In this document: in pieces, positions 49,997 to 61,346 of the stretch
Position numbering within the stretch: position 1 is the first letter of the stretch
Layout: every line of letters begins with the position of its first letter
Assembly: GCA_963819945.1 (NCBI GenBank)
Contig: CAWFYD010000004.1
Span: 20,272 to 84,271 of the forward strand
Source: an uncultured Acidimicrobiia bacterium
GTDB taxonomy: Bacteria > Actinomycetota > Acidimicrobiia > IMCC26256 > JAENVU01
DNA length: 64,000 bases
Reading direction: 5' to 3'
Notes under the pieces: generated by a model
What the model saw: only the letters and a program-made list of their open reading frames with translations
What the model was told of the DNA's origin: nothing
The model's database searches: none
Program-made: the position numbers and the translations under genes

Positions 49997-51331
49997 GTGA
50001 AGCACGTACGTCTGGTGGCGCTCGTCGCCACGATCGCCTGCGCCATGGCTGCCACCGCGTCCACCGCGACCGCAGCGTCCGGCGAGAAGCCCACGGCATC
50101 CGAGGTCGGGGTCACGCCCTCGACGATCCGCTTCGCGGTCGTCGCGGACGTCGACAACTCGCTGGCGCCGGGGATCTTCCAGGGCTCCGTCGACGGAGTG
50201 AAGGGCTGGGCCAAGTACACCAACGCCAAGGGCGGGCTCGCCGGGCGCAAGGTGGCCATCGACTTCATCGACTCCAAGCTGAGCGGTGACGAGGCTCGCA
50301 ACGCCGTCATCAAGGCGTGCGCCGAGGACTTCGCACTCGTCGGGACCTCGGCCATCTTCCTGAACAAGGTCGACGACATCGAGGCCTGCGCGGACAAGGC
50401 CGGCGCCGCGACCGGGATCCCGGACCTCGCGGTCGTCTCGACCGAGGTGGTGCAGCAGTGCTCGCCCACGACCTTCGCGGTGAACCCGCCGTCGCTCATC
50501 TGCTCGACGAAGGACAAGCACCCGCAGACGTACCAGGGCAACGCCGGGCGCGCGTTCTACTACCAGAAGAAGTTCGGCAAGAAGCTCCACGGCGGCTACA
50601 TCACCTCGGGTGACCTGAAATCCGCCGAGAACGCCAACCTCGGCTCGATGACCGAGATGCAGCACGCCGGAGCCGGCATCAAGGCCGACTTCACCACGCC
50701 GATGTCCGCCACCGCGACCCAGAGCGGGTACACGCCGGTGGTCCAGCAGCTGAAGGACAACTCGTCGAACTACGCCCAGAACGGCGGCACGTTCAACTCG
50801 ACCGTGCTGATGCGCCGGGAGGCCAAGCTCCAGGGTGTCGGGGCCGCCGGCTCGAAGTTCATCTGGGACTGCACGCTGCAGTGCTACGACAAGCAGCTGC
50901 TCAAGCAGGGTGGCGCGGACGTGGAGGGCCAGTACGTCTCGACGCTCTTCCTCCCGTTCGAAGAGGCCAAGTACAACAAGACCCTCTCCAACTTCATCAA
51001 GTACACCGGGAAGAAGAAGGTCACCGGCTTCGGCATCCAGGCCTACGCCTCCGGGCTCCTCATCAACCAGGCCGTCAAGACGATCGTGAAGGCCGGTGGC
51101 GTGAACGCGCTGACCCGTTCCGCCCTCTTCACCGAGCTCAACAAGATCACGTCCTTCAATGCGGGTGGCATGATCGGCACCACGAACATCGCGAAGCGCT
51201 TGGTCACGCCCTGCTACGTGCTCACGCAGGTCAAGAACGGCAAGTTCGTTCGCGTGACGCCATCCAAGAAGGGGACCTTCAACTGCAAGGCCAAGAACCG
51301 GGCGACGGTCAAGCTGAACCTGCTCAAGTAG
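49997..51331 (+). CDS. ABC transporter substrate-binding protein (Liv/branched-chain amino acid type, family 4)
   Basis: Intact 444 aa. Signal peptide VKHVRLVALVATIACAMAATAS. Operon with the Liv-type permease and ATPases. Confidence 0.8.
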   Translation: MKHVRLVALVATIACAMAATASTATAASGEKPTASEVGVTPSTIRFAVVADVDNSLAPGIFQGSVDGVKGWAKYTNAKGGLAGRKVAIDFIDSKLSGDEARNAVIKACAEDFALVGTSAIFLNKVDDIEACADKAGAATGIPDLAVVSTEVVQQCSPTTFAVNPPSLICSTKDKHPQTYQGNAGRAFYYQKKFGKKLHGGYITSGDLKSAENANLGSMTEMQHAGAGIKADFTTPMSATATQSGYTPVVQQLKDNSSNYAQNGGTFNSTVLMRREAKLQGVGAAGSKFIWDCTLQCYDKQLLKQGGADVEGQYVSTLFLPFEEAKYNKTLSNFIKYTGKKKVTGFGIQAYASGLLINQAVKTIVKAGGVNALTRSALFTELNKITSFNAGGMIGTTNIAKRLVTPCYVLTQVKNGKFVRVTPSKKGTFNCKAKNRATVKLNLLK

Positions 51332-51335
51332 CTCC

Positions 51336-54260
51336 ATGATCGACCGCTCGCGCCGTTCGACGGTGCTCGCCGGGCTTGGCGTCGCGCTGTTCGTCGGCTT
51401 CATCATCCAAGCGTCCTGGTCCGGCCGCGCCGTCACCTTCGACTCCGTCCTCTTCTTCCTGATCGTCGGGATCACGGTCGGGTCGATCTACGCCGTGGCC
51501 GCGAGCGGTCTGGTCGTCACGTACACGACCTCGGGCATCTTCAACTTCGCCCAGGGCGCCATCGGGATGTTCATGGCGTTCGTCTACTGGGAGCTGAAGG
51601 TCAACCTCGGGCTCCAGACGCTCCTCGCGTTGGCGGTGACCGTCGTCATCGCCGCACCGCTGTTCGGGGCGGGGATCGAACGGCTCCTGATGCGCCGGCT
51701 CGCCGCGGCGCCGCTCGTGGCCCAGCTCGTCGTCACCATCGGCCTCATGCTCGCCCTCATCGGGTTGGCCGCCTTCATCTGGAACCCGGGCGAGCCGCAC
51801 GCGATCGGCACCTTCTTCGGTTCCGAGGGCTTCAACATCGGCCAGACCTTCATGCCGTACTACCGGCTGATCACGATCGTCGCGGGCATCGCGATCGCCA
51901 TCGGACTCCGCTTCGTGCTGTACCGCACCCGGATCGGCGTCGCGATGCGAGCGGTCGTGGACAACCGGGATCTGGCCGGGCTCAACGGGGTCCGCCCCGG
52001 CCGGGTCTCCGCGACCTCGTGGGCCCTCGGTGCCTCGATGGCCGCGATCGCCGGCATCTTCCTCGCCGAGGAGCTCAGCACGCTGAGCATCGAGACGTTG
52101 ACGCTGCTCATCGTCGACGCGTTCGCGGCCGCGATCATCGGGCGGCTCAAGAGCCTCCCGATGACCTACGTCGGAGGTCTGATCATCGGCCTCTCGATCT
52201 CCTTCCAGCAGAACTTCCTGACCTGGTCGGGCCGGTGGGCCACGGCCACGCCCGCGATCCCCACGATCATCCTGTTCCTCGCCCTGCTGTTCCTCCCGCA
52301 GGACCGGATCGAGGGGCGGCGCTCGTTCGCATTGAAGAGCCCGCGCCTCATCAGCTGGAAGCGCGCGTTGTTCGGGTTCGCGATCGTGTTCGTCGCCGTC
52401 CTCGCGGTCTCCGGCGCGCTCGACCGGCCGAATGTGCGCCGGCTCACGATTGCCATCGTGACCGCGCTGATCATGGTGTCGCTCGTCCCGCTCACCGGAT
52501 GGTCGGGCCAGATCTCGCTGGCGCAGATCACGTTCGTCGGCATCGGCGCGTGGGCCACCTTCGAGTTCTCCACCGCCGGGGGTGAGCTGTTCGGGTTGAA
52601 GCTGTTGTCCCCGGGGAATCCGCTGCTGCTGCTCGTGGGCGCGGCGGTCGCGGTCCCGTTCGGCGTGCTCATGGCCCTGCCCGCCCTGCGATTACGCGGG
52701 CTCTATCTCGCGCTTGGCCACCATGTCGTTCGCCCGCATGGCGGAGTTCGTCTTCTTCGACCAGCCCGAGGTGTTCGGTGGCCAGGGCCGGAACATCGCG
52801 GACCTCAAGATCTTCGGCGCCGACATCAGCGCGCCGTTCACCGTCCTCGGCATCGACTTCCCGCGAGACACCGGCTTCCTGCTCCTCGCCACGTTCCTGT
52901 TCGGGGTCGTCGGCATGCTGATCGTCGCCATGCGCCATGGCTCCTTCGGGCGGCGGCTGGTCGCGATGCGCGACAGCCCGGCGGCGTGCGCCACCCTCGG
53001 CGTGAACCTCTCGCGCACCAAGCTCATGGTCTTCATGCTGTCGGCGGCGATCGCCGGCTTCGCGGGGGCGCTGCTGGGCGTGGCCCGGGGCACCGCGAGC
53101 ACGCTCGACTTCCAGATGCTCAACGGGCTGCCGTTCCTCCTGCTGCTGGTGGTCGGGGGCGCGTCGATCGTCTCCGGCGCGCTCGTCGGCGGCATCCTGC
53201 TCCAGGTCTTCACCTGGATCACGATCATCTTCCCCAACGGGCTGACGCTCGCCGGCGTGGACGTCGTGGACCTCGAGACGAAGCTCGGCCCGGGTCTGGC
53301 CGGCATCGGCATCGGTCGGAACCCCGAGGGGTTGGTGACGGACATCAGTGCCCGCTGGCACGAGCGGCGCAATCCCACCGAGGCGGCTCCCGCCGCCGCG
53401 GAGCCCACGGGGGAACCGGTCCCGGTGGCAGTGGCCACGCCGACGCCCACGCCCCTCACGACTGCGCGCGTCGCCCCCGTGGCCGGGACCCCGCTCCTCG
53501 ACGTGCGTGGTGTCGCGGTGCGCTTCGGCGGGCTCCAGGTGCTCGACGACGTGTCGATCGACGTGCGGGTCGGCCACGTCACCGGGTTGATCGGCCCGAA
53601 CGGCGCGGGCAAGACGACGTTGTTCAACGTGATCACCGGGCTCCAGGCGCCGACGCTGGGCCGCGTGCTCATCGACGGTGAGGACATCACGCAGAGCAAG
53701 CCCCACCAACGGGCGCGCCTCGGCATCGGGCGGACCTTCCAGCGGCTCGAGACCTTCGACACCTTGAGTGCCCGCGACAACGTCCTCGTCGCGGCCGAGA
53801 TGCGACGGGCCTGGTCCCGCGAGAAGTTCGACCCGGGCGCGCTGGCCGATGAGCTCATCGCGCGGGTGGGGCTCCAGGACGTCGCCGGCGAGCGCGTCGA
53901 CTCTCTCCCGACGGGTACGGCCCGGTTGGTGGAGGTGGCGCGGGCGCTGGCGAGCAAGCCACGCGTGCTCCTGCTCGACGAGCCGTCGTCCGGCCTCGAC
54001 GCGTCCGAGACCGCGGCGCTGAGCGAGCTGTTGCGGGAGCTCGCGGCGGACGGCTTGGCGGTCCTGCTCGTGGAGCACGACATGAGCTTCGTCATGGGAG
54101 CATGCGAGAACATCCACGTGCTCGATTTCGGCAAGATCATCACCGCCGGGTCGCCGACCGAGGTGCAGGCGAGCCCCGCCGTGCGCGCCGCGTACCTCGG
54201 CGACGACCGCGAGCAGGCCGTCGCCGAGACCGCGCCTGCACTCGACACCGTCCTCCATGA
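51336..54260 (+). pseudogene. Fused LivH-LivM permease plus LivG ATPase (one polypeptide of about 970 aa), +1 frameshift at 52716-52717 and probably one more near the 3' end
   Basis: The LivH part (AVAASGLVVTYTTSGIFNFAQGA) and LivM part (LVPLTGWSGQISLAQITFVGIGAW) are in ORF 51336..53681. LYLALATMSFARM is restored by removing one g from cttGGcc. The LivG part is GLIGPNGAGKTTLFN, LPTGTARLVEVARAL, LLLDEPSSGLD. TGA 54258-54260 overlaps the livF ATG. Confidence 0.8.
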
Positions 54261-55009
54261 GCTCGAGCTCCCGAAGGTCGTCACCGTCAGCGACGCGACT
54301 CCCGCCGGCGGTATCGCTCCAGGACGTGCGCGCCGGCTACGGGAACATCGAGGTGATCCACGGCCTCGACCTCGTCGTGCCGGCGGGACAGGTGTTCGCG
54401 CTGCTGGGTCCGAACGGTGCGGGGAAGTCCACGACGCTCAAGATCGCCAGCGGCCAGGTCCGACCGACGCAGGGGGCCGTCGAGATCCACGGCCGCGACG
54501 TGATCGGCACCGCGCCCGATCAGCTCGCGCGCGACGGCGTGTGCCTCGTACCCGAAGGCCGCGGCGTGTTCCCGAACCTCACGGTGACCGAGAACCTCCG
54601 CATGGCCACGTACACCGGGGTGCCGTTCGCCACCGTGCTCGAGCGGTCGTTCGAACGGTTTCCTCGTCTGGCCGAGCGGCGCAAGCAGATCGCCGGGACG
54701 TTGTCCGGCGGCGAGCAGCAGATGCTCGCCATGGCCCGGGCGCTGACCTCGGAACCGCGGGTGCTGCTGCTCGACGAGCTCTCGATGGGCCTCGCGCCGC
54801 TGATCGTCGAGGAGCTGTACGAGCTGGTGAAGCGCATCGCGGCCGACGGGGTCTCGATCCTGGTGGTCGAGCAGTTCGCGCACGAGGTGCTCGGCGTCGC
54901 CGACGTCGCCGCCATCATGTTGCACGGCCGGATCGAGCTGGTCGGACCCCCGGCGGAGATCGGCCCGGCGCTCGACCGGGCGTATCTCGGGGGATCGATC
55001 GTCGCTTAG
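54257..55009 (+). CDS. livF: Branched-chain amino acid ABC transporter ATP-binding protein LivF
   Basis: LQDVRAGYGNIEVIHGLDL, LLGPNGAGKSTT, LSGGEQQMLAMARAL, LLLDELSMGLAP. The N-terminal 20 aa are uncertain. Confidence 0.85.
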   Translation: MSSSSRRSSPSATRLPPAVSLQDVRAGYGNIEVIHGLDLVVPAGQVFALLGPNGAGKSTTLKIASGQVRPTQGAVEIHGRDVIGTAPDQLARDGVCLVPEGRGVFPNLTVTENLRMATYTGVPFATVLERSFERFPRLAERRKQIAGTLSGGEQQMLAMARALTSEPRVLLLDELSMGLAPLIVEELYELVKRIAADGVSILVVEQFAHEVLGVADVAAIMLHGRIELVGPPAEIGPALDRAYLGGSIVA

Positions 55010-56176
55010 CCGGCGGACGTCTCCGACCGGCACGTCGTACCGCCGCACGTACCCGGCGAAGCGTTCCCGGAGTGCGGCCGGATCGAGTCCGAGCTCCGTG
55101 ACGTCGTAGCGGTGCGACCCGAGCGCGCCCTTCGGGTGCGCGGCCACGTAGCCGGCGATCGCCGCGGCGGCGGTCGCGCTGAGCTCGGTGTCGACAGCCC
55201 GTGTACACGTCGCCGCACCGTCGCGACGGGATCACGGATCAGGTCCGCGTACTGGACGTCGACGATCGGGTGCTCGGGGTGAGCGTCCCGAAACGCATCG
55301 ATGCGCCGGACCGACTCCTCGAGCGTCGCGGTCCAGTGCTCCGTGATGTACGTCCGTGTGGTCCGCGTCCGTGAACGTGCCGGACAGCGTGCTGATCAGG
55401 CTGCACACGGAGGCGCACAGGACGACCGGGTCCCGGTGGATGAGCACGAGCCGCGGCATCCGGGTAGACCGCCGTCAACGCATCGAGCGCGATCGCATGG
55501 TGCGGGCTCTTGAGCGTCCAGCGCCCGCGCGACACCACCACTCTGGAGGATCTGCAGCACCTGCCGGTGGTACTCGTAGGCCGACCGCTGGTCCACCGCG
55601 CGCAACCACCGGCCGTACTCGGGCACGTTCGCAATCGCCTCCCACGACATGCTCTTGAAGTCCTGGCTCATCACCGCGATGCACTCCGTCGGACCGTCGG
55701 CGTCCTCGTGGTGGATCGCCCGCATGCGCGGGTTCAGCGCTTCGAGCATGTCCGCGCCGGCCTGGGCTGCTTCGACGCGTGGTCCACTGCGGTGGTTCCC
55801 GGGTGTCGACGGGGGCACCGGATCGGATGATTCCCAACGCAGCAGCGATCGGTTGGCCGGATCCTGGTCGAGCAGCTGACCGAGGAAGGTCGTGCCGGCC
55901 CGGAACATGCCGATCACGACGATCGGCGCGACGATCGCCTCGCCCGAGACCTCCGGGTGCCGCTGAGACCAGTCCATGACCGCCAACCGCGTTCGCAGCG
56001 CGGCCAGGAGCGTGTCGCGGATCGCGAACCCACCGAGCTCGTTGAGGTCGGCGTCGGCACGGATCGAGGCGCAGAGGATTCCGAGGCCCTCGCGGAAGTC
56101 TCCGGCGCCGAAGTCCTCGAGTCCGGTCTCCCGGCGCGCCGGCGTCGATCAGCTCGTCTGCGTCAGGTCCACTCAT
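55006..56176 (-). pseudogene. Sulfotransferase family protein, seven consecutive +1 frameshifts
   Basis: Recovered pieces, in order:
- MSGPDADELIDA.
- ETGLEDFGAGDFREGLGILCASIRADADLNELGG.
- The PAPS loop IVVIGMFRAGTTFLGQLL.
- RWTLKSPHHAIALDAL.
- RLVLIHRDPVVLCASVCSL.
- ITEHWTATLEESVRRIDAFRDAHPEHPIVDVQYADLIRDP.
- AAHPKGALGSHRYDVTELGLD.
TAA 55006-55008 overlaps the livF TAG. Confidence 0.75.
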
Positions 56177-56191
56177 CGGCAGGGAAGCGGC

Positions 56192-57221
56192 TCAGGTGGT
56201 CAGCGTGACGACGGTCCGGCCACTGGTCCGCCGGTTGGCGTGGTCCTCGAGCGCGGCGGCGACCGCTTCCATGGTGATGCGCCGCCCGATGGTGGGGCGC
56301 ACGGATCCGGCTGCGACCAGCTCGAGCAGCGCCGCATGCACCGCCCGCCCGATCTCGGGCGGGAAGGTGTTGATCCCGAAGCGGCGGAGCTCGATCGGCA
56401 TCTCGGTGTAGCCGAGCATCACGCCGAGCACGGAGAAATTGCCCATCGACACCTTGCGCAACGGCCGTCCGGTGTTGCCCGACTCCGGGTCGTCGTTGTA
56501 GCCGACCGGAACGTAGCGCCCCTCCCGGGCGACACAGGTCCAGATGGTCTCGGTGCCGTCGCCACCGACGAGGTCGACCACGACCTCGGCGCCCTTCCCG
56601 TCCGTGAGGTCCATCACCCGGTCGAACGATGTCTTCGCTCGTGTGGTCGATCGCCGTGGCTCCCAGCCCCTCGCACAGTCGACCCTTCTCCGGGCCGCCC
56701 GCGATCGCGATCACACGCGCGCCGGCCGCGACCCCGAGCTGGATGACCGCGGTCCCGACCGCGCTCGCGCCGCCGACGACCAGCAGCGTCTCGCCGGGCT
56801 GCAGATGGGCCCGGGTATGCAGGGCAAGGAAGCCGGTGTGGAACGGCAGGGTGAACGCGGCGGCTTCGACGTCGTCGAGCTCGGGCGGGGCATCGAACAC
56901 ACCCGTCTGCGCAGCCAACGCATATTCGGCGATGCCACCGAAGGACATGTTCGTCATCGCGACGACGCGACGACCGATCCAGGGCTCCGCGCCGTCGCCG
57001 GCGGCGTCCACCACGCCACAGACGTCCATGCCGAGCGTGAACGGGATCTGACCCATCACGCTGGCGACCGTCCCGCGACACCGCGCGATGTCACCGAAGT
57101 TCAGTGACGCGGCGGCCACCGCGACGCGCACCTCACCGGGCCCCGGCTCGGGAACCGGGATGTCGGCGATCTCGAGCGCCTCCGTCGGCTCGCCGTGCGC
57201 CGTGACTCGAAGCGCTTTCAT
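56192..57221 (-). pseudogene. MDR-family quinone oxidoreductase, one +1 frameshift near 56625
   Basis: GGAGGG lies before ATG 57221. EVRVAVAAASLNFGDIARCRG, LLVVGGASAVGTAVIQLGVAAGARV. The C-terminal half is in ORF 56192..56617. Confidence 0.8.
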
Positions 57222-57284
57222 CGCATGCCCTCCGAGCGCGCTCGACCGATGTGCGAACGCGGCGAAGATAGTAAAGAGCCCTGC

Positions 57285-57934
57285 TTAGGTCAAGGATCCG
57301 TGGGCGCGGACATCGCCGCGGCGGCCATTCGCACGAGGTTGCGGACGAACGTCTCGTACTCGAGCTGCGGACGGCCCTTGCGCCCCTGGCTGGCCGAGCG
57401 AGCGAGCGCGGTCCGCCACGGATCGCAGGATGAAGGTCGTGATCAGCGAGAAGCGCTCGACGCGCACCGCGTCGCTCAGGCTCGGCTACCCGCGTCGCGA
57501 GCAACGCGTAGACGTCGTACCCACCGGTGCGGTCCAGCGCCGAGGCGAGCTCCGGGCTGAGCGACTCCGGATCTTCACCCGCGAGCTCGGCGACGATCAG
57601 CAGGTAGCAACGGCCGCGCCAGCCGCTCTCCGCCAGCTCCGCTGCGGGCCGCACGATCGCTTCGAGCACCGGTTCGAGATCATCAGCGGGGGAGCGGGTG
57701 GCGATCGCGAGCAGCTCGCCCTCGCGTCGGGCCAGGAACTCGACGTGGCGTTCGAGCACCGCGCACAACACGCCGCTCGCGCGACCCGAAGTGGTAGTTG
57801 AGCGCGGAGCGGTTGCGTTGCCCGGCTTGGCGCGTGATCTCGATCAGGGACGCGTTGTAGACCCCGTGCTCCGCGAACGCGCGCGTTGCTGCATCGAGCA
57901 GCTTGTCTCGCGTTGCGGAAGCGTCGGGGGGCAT
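57285..57934 (-). pseudogene. TetR-family regulator, at least 3 frameshifts
   Basis: The HTH RDKLLDAATRAFAEHGVYNASLIEITRQAGQRNRSALNYHFGSRE is in ORF 57683..57934. The ligand domain is spread over ORF 57133..57771 and ORF 57285..57467. Confidence 0.7.
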
Positions 57935-57998
57935 CGAGCGATGTTACGAAGCGCGCGAGATCACGAGCTCACGTCGGACGCCGGGAACCGCCGAGCTG

Positions 57999-58400
57999 TC
58001 AGTGGAGGGTGAGATGGCCCGTGCACTCGGGGTGCCGGTAGAGGAAGCCCGCGGTGTTGGTGGTGTGCGCGGCGACTGCGTCCGGCCAGTTCGGGAACAC
58101 CGAGCTGCCGTTCGCGCCGACGACGGCCAGGTCCACGCACGCCCGGTTGATCTGCGTCGTGAGGGTGTTGACCTGGCCGCGCAGCGCGGTCGTGATGGTG
58201 CGGTTGTCCCAGGTATCGGGTGTGTTCTTGCCGGTGCACGGAAGCGCCTGCACCTTGATCGTCCCGTTCTTGCGGGTGCACGTGGTGATGCTCGACGGTG
58301 AGCTCCCCGCGACTTCGAGGCCACCCCAGGTGGCTGCGAGCCCCACGACCAGCCCGAACGCGATCCAGCGGGTGCGCTTCGGCTTCCGCGTCGTCTCCAT
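57999..58400 (-). CDS. Membrane-anchored or secreted small Cys-containing protein of unknown function (133 aa)
   Basis: Intact. N-terminal anchor RWIAFGLVVGLAATWGGL. Four Cys (TTCTRK, LPCTGK, RACVDL, PECTGH). Confidence 0.55.
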   Translation of the reverse strand: METTRKPKRTRWIAFGLVVGLAATWGGLEVAGSSPSSITTCTRKNGTIKVQALPCTGKNTPDTWDNRTITTALRGQVNTLTTQINRACVDLAVVGANGSSVFPNWPDAVAAHTTNTAGFLYRHPECTGHLTLH

Positions 58401-58562
58401 GGTGATGTCCCCCCGTGCTCGAAGAATCCTGGTGAGAAGGCCGGCGGTCCCGATCCGCGAACCGTCCGCCGGGCGCAGCCTGCTACCTCCGCCGGCCGAT
58501 CGGCAACCGTTCGTCGCGCCGCTTCACTCTCGCGCGGCGTGGAGTGTGAGGACGGAGGCGGG

Positions 58563-59051
58563 TCAGGACCGGAGCCGGGGTCGATCCGCTCCAGGCGGGC
58601 GACGAAGGCCCCGGCGTAGTCCCACACGAGCTGGTCGCCGTCGCGCCAGCGCCGGACCTCGATGCCGGGGAGGTCGCGCGGGCGCAACACGAGCACCGAG
58701 TCCTCGAACGTCGCGGCGACGACGATCGGCGTCGTGAAGTCGACGGCGGCGACGTCGTTCACGCCGTGCTCGTGGGTGCCATCGACCACCATGTCGTGCA
58801 CGACGCCTCCCGCGGTGACGACGACCCGGTCCCCGGCCTGCTCGATGCGCTCCGTGTGGGCCCACACGGGATGGTCGGCCCGCGGCCGGATCGCCGCCCA
58901 CGGGGAGGTCGACGACCTTCCACTCGCCGCGCAGATCCGGCGCGCCCGCGATCAACGGATCGGTTGCGCCGGCGAGGATCGGCGGGGGAGGTGCGGATCC
59001 GTACCCGCCGGGCGGCGTGTGTGCTTTCGGGATGTCCTGCACCCGCGTCAT
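58563..59051 (-). pseudogene. Hypothetical protein (about 160 aa), one or two frameshifts
   Basis: MTRVQDIPKAHTPPGGYGSAPPPP...LRGEWKVVDL (ORF 58563..59468 frame) is continued by WAHTERIEQAGDRVVVTAGGVVHDMVVDGTHEHGVNDV...LVWDYAGAFVARLERI (ORF 57944..58867). Confidence 0.5.
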
Positions 59052-59138
59052 GTCGTCCCCCTGATCACGCCGGCACTCGGTCCCGCCCATCTGAGCATCG
59101 ATGCGCGCGGCGACGCCAGAATCCGACAGACTGCAGTG

Positions 59139-59633
59139 ATGTTCGACGACGTCCTCTCCGCCAACCAGGCGTACAGCTCCGGCTTCCGGCTCGCGGGTCT
59201 CGCACCGACCGCGGCCCGGGGGCTCGCCGTGGTGACCTGCATCGATTCGCGCATCGAACCGCTGCAGATGCTCGGTCTCGCGCCGGGCGACGCCAAGATC
59301 CTGCGCAATGCCGGCGCCCGGGTGACCGACGACGTGCTGCGCTCGCTCGTGCTCGCGGTCAATCTTCTCGGGGTCAACCGCGTCGGTGTGGTCCAGCACA
59401 CGGGCTGTCGCATGACCGGCGCGACCAATGCGGAGCTCCAGGAGTCGCTCGGCGCGACGTACTGCCACTGACGCGGGCGACTGGGACTTCCTCCCGATCG
59501 ACGACCAGACGCGCGTCCTGCGCGACGACGTCGAGCGGATCCGCAGCTGCGCCGCTGCTCCCGTCCACGCTCGCGGTCGCGGGTTTCATCTACGACGTCG
59601 ACACGGGTCTGCTCGCGCCCGGTCGTGTCGTGA
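59139..59633 (+). pseudogene. Beta-class carbonic anhydrase, frame leaves and returns (at least 2-3 frameshifts after 59440)
   Basis: VVTCIDSRIEP and VVQHTGCRM (Zn ligands C, H, C). IRSC..LAVAGFIYDVDTGLL. ATG 59139 and TGA 59631-59633 are in the same frame (165 codons). Confidence 0.8.
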
Positions 59634-60641
59634 GCCGGCTCGACCCGGTCGACGCGCTGGCGCGCGAGACCGAGTTCTCCGGCGTGGTGAGCGTCGATCG
59701 GGCGGGGGAGACCGAGTTCGCGCAGGCGTACGGCTTCGCGCACGAGCGCATCGAGCATCCCGAACACGATCGACACGCAGTTCGCCACCGCCAGTGCAGC
59801 GAAGGGCTTCACCGCGCTCGCGGTCGTGCACCTCATCGAGCAGGGACTCCTGGACCTCAGCACGACGGCTCGGTCGGTGCTGGGAGCCGACCTCCCGCTC
59901 ATCCGCGACGACGTCACGGTCGAGCACCTGCTCTCGCACCGATCGGGCATCGGCGATTACCTCGACGAGGACGAGGACGGCGAGCTCAGCGACTACGCGA
60001 TCAAGGTCCCGGTCCACGAGCTCTGGACGACCGAAGGATTCCTCCCGATCCTCGACGGCTTCGAGACGAAGTTCGAGCCCGACGAGCGGTTCTCATACTG
60101 CAACGGCGGCTTCATGGTCCTCGCGTTGATCGCCGAGCGGGCCAGCGGGGTCGGGTTCCATGACCTCGTGATCCGGTCGGTGTGCGAGCCCGGCGGGCCT
60201 CGTGGACACCGAGTTCCTTCGGTCCGACGCGCTGCCGGCGCGGGCGGCACTCGGCTACCTCGAGGTCGACGGCGCGACCGTGACCAACGTGTTCCACCTT
60301 CCGATACGCGGCAACGGCGACGGCGGCATCTACACGACCGTCGGCGGACGTCAGCAGATTCTGGCGCGCGTTCTTCGCCGGGCCAGATCGTCCTGCCGCG
60401 CTGGGTGGCCGAGATGGTGCGACCGCGGAGTCAGACCGACCATGAGTCGAGGCGGTACGGACTCGGGTTCTGGCTGCATCCGTCGAGCGCAGTCGTGATC
60501 TCGGAAGGTTGCGATGCCGGCGTGTCCTTCCTCAGCGCGCACGACCCCGAGAGTGCGATGACGGCAACCGTGATCTCGAACTCGACGTCTGGGGCCTGGC
60601 CGGTCGTCGAGCTCCTTCACCAGCAGCTCGGGCTTGCCTAG
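59630..60641 (+). pseudogene. Serine hydrolase / beta-lactamase-family protein, at least 4 frameshifts
   Basis: GTG 59630 sits in a GTGA overlap with the CA stop. SxxK as ATASAAKGFTALAV. LLSHRSGIGDY, YCNGGFMVLALI. The tail ...SGAWPVVELLHQQLGLA. Confidence 0.75.
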
Positions 60642-60688
60642 GCTCACCCCGATCTTCACTCGCGGAACCACCGAAAGGACCAGCCCGC

Positions 60689-61244
60689 ATGGCAGACGAA
60701 TGGGGCCCGCTCGGGCCGCTGGTCGGGGACTGGGAGGCGGAGGGCGGTCTCGACACCGCCTACTCGCACACCCTCGAGAAGGTGCTCGGCACGCCGTACC
60801 TGGAGCGGGTGACCTTCAAGCCGTTCGGACCGGTCGACAACGGCCGCCAGTCCCTGTACGGGCTCGACTACAAGACGGCGATGTGGCGCAACGACGAGGA
60901 GAACCCGTTCCACACCGAGGTGGGGTACTGGCTCTGGGACGGCGCAACCGGTGAGGTCCTGCGGGGATTCGTCGTGCCGCGCGGCATCACCGTGCTCGCC
61001 GGCGGCACCGCCTCCGCCGACGCGAAGAGCTTCACGCTGGCCGCGTCGCCCGACCACCCGCAGTACACGATCGGCGAGAACAAGTACCTCGCCGAAGAAC
61101 GCGTCGACGTTGAGCTACGAGGTGACGATCACGATCAACGAGGACGACTCGTGGACGTACAACGAGACGACCATGTTGAAGATGGTCGAGATGGACGAGC
61201 CCTTCGCCCACACCGATCACAACACGCTCCGCCGCGTCGGCTGA
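60689..61244 (+). pseudogene. Nitrobindin / THAP4-like heme-binding beta-barrel (DUF1794, FABP-like) protein, one +1 frameshift near 61095
   Basis: LGPLVGDWEAEGG, YLERVTFKPFGPV.N..Q.LYGL.Y, FHTEVGYWLWD. The tail LSYEVTITINEDDSWTYNETTMLKM is in ORF 60951..61244. Confidence 0.75.
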
Positions 61245-61320
61245 CCGAGCAACCTTCCGTTTCTCTCGCCGCGACGTCGGTCGTTGCTCTCCTGCGGCTT
61301 CCGGCTCTCCGGCCACTTCT

Positions 61321-61346
61321 CCCCGCGATGGGTATCGATCGCGGGG
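61321..61346 (+). terminator. Perfect 9-bp stem / 8-nt loop hairpin downstream of the nitrobindin gene (no U tract)
   Basis: CCCCGCGAT-gggtatcg-ATCGCGGGG read directly, 77 nt after the stop at 61244 and 107 nt before the next start. Confidence 0.3.
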
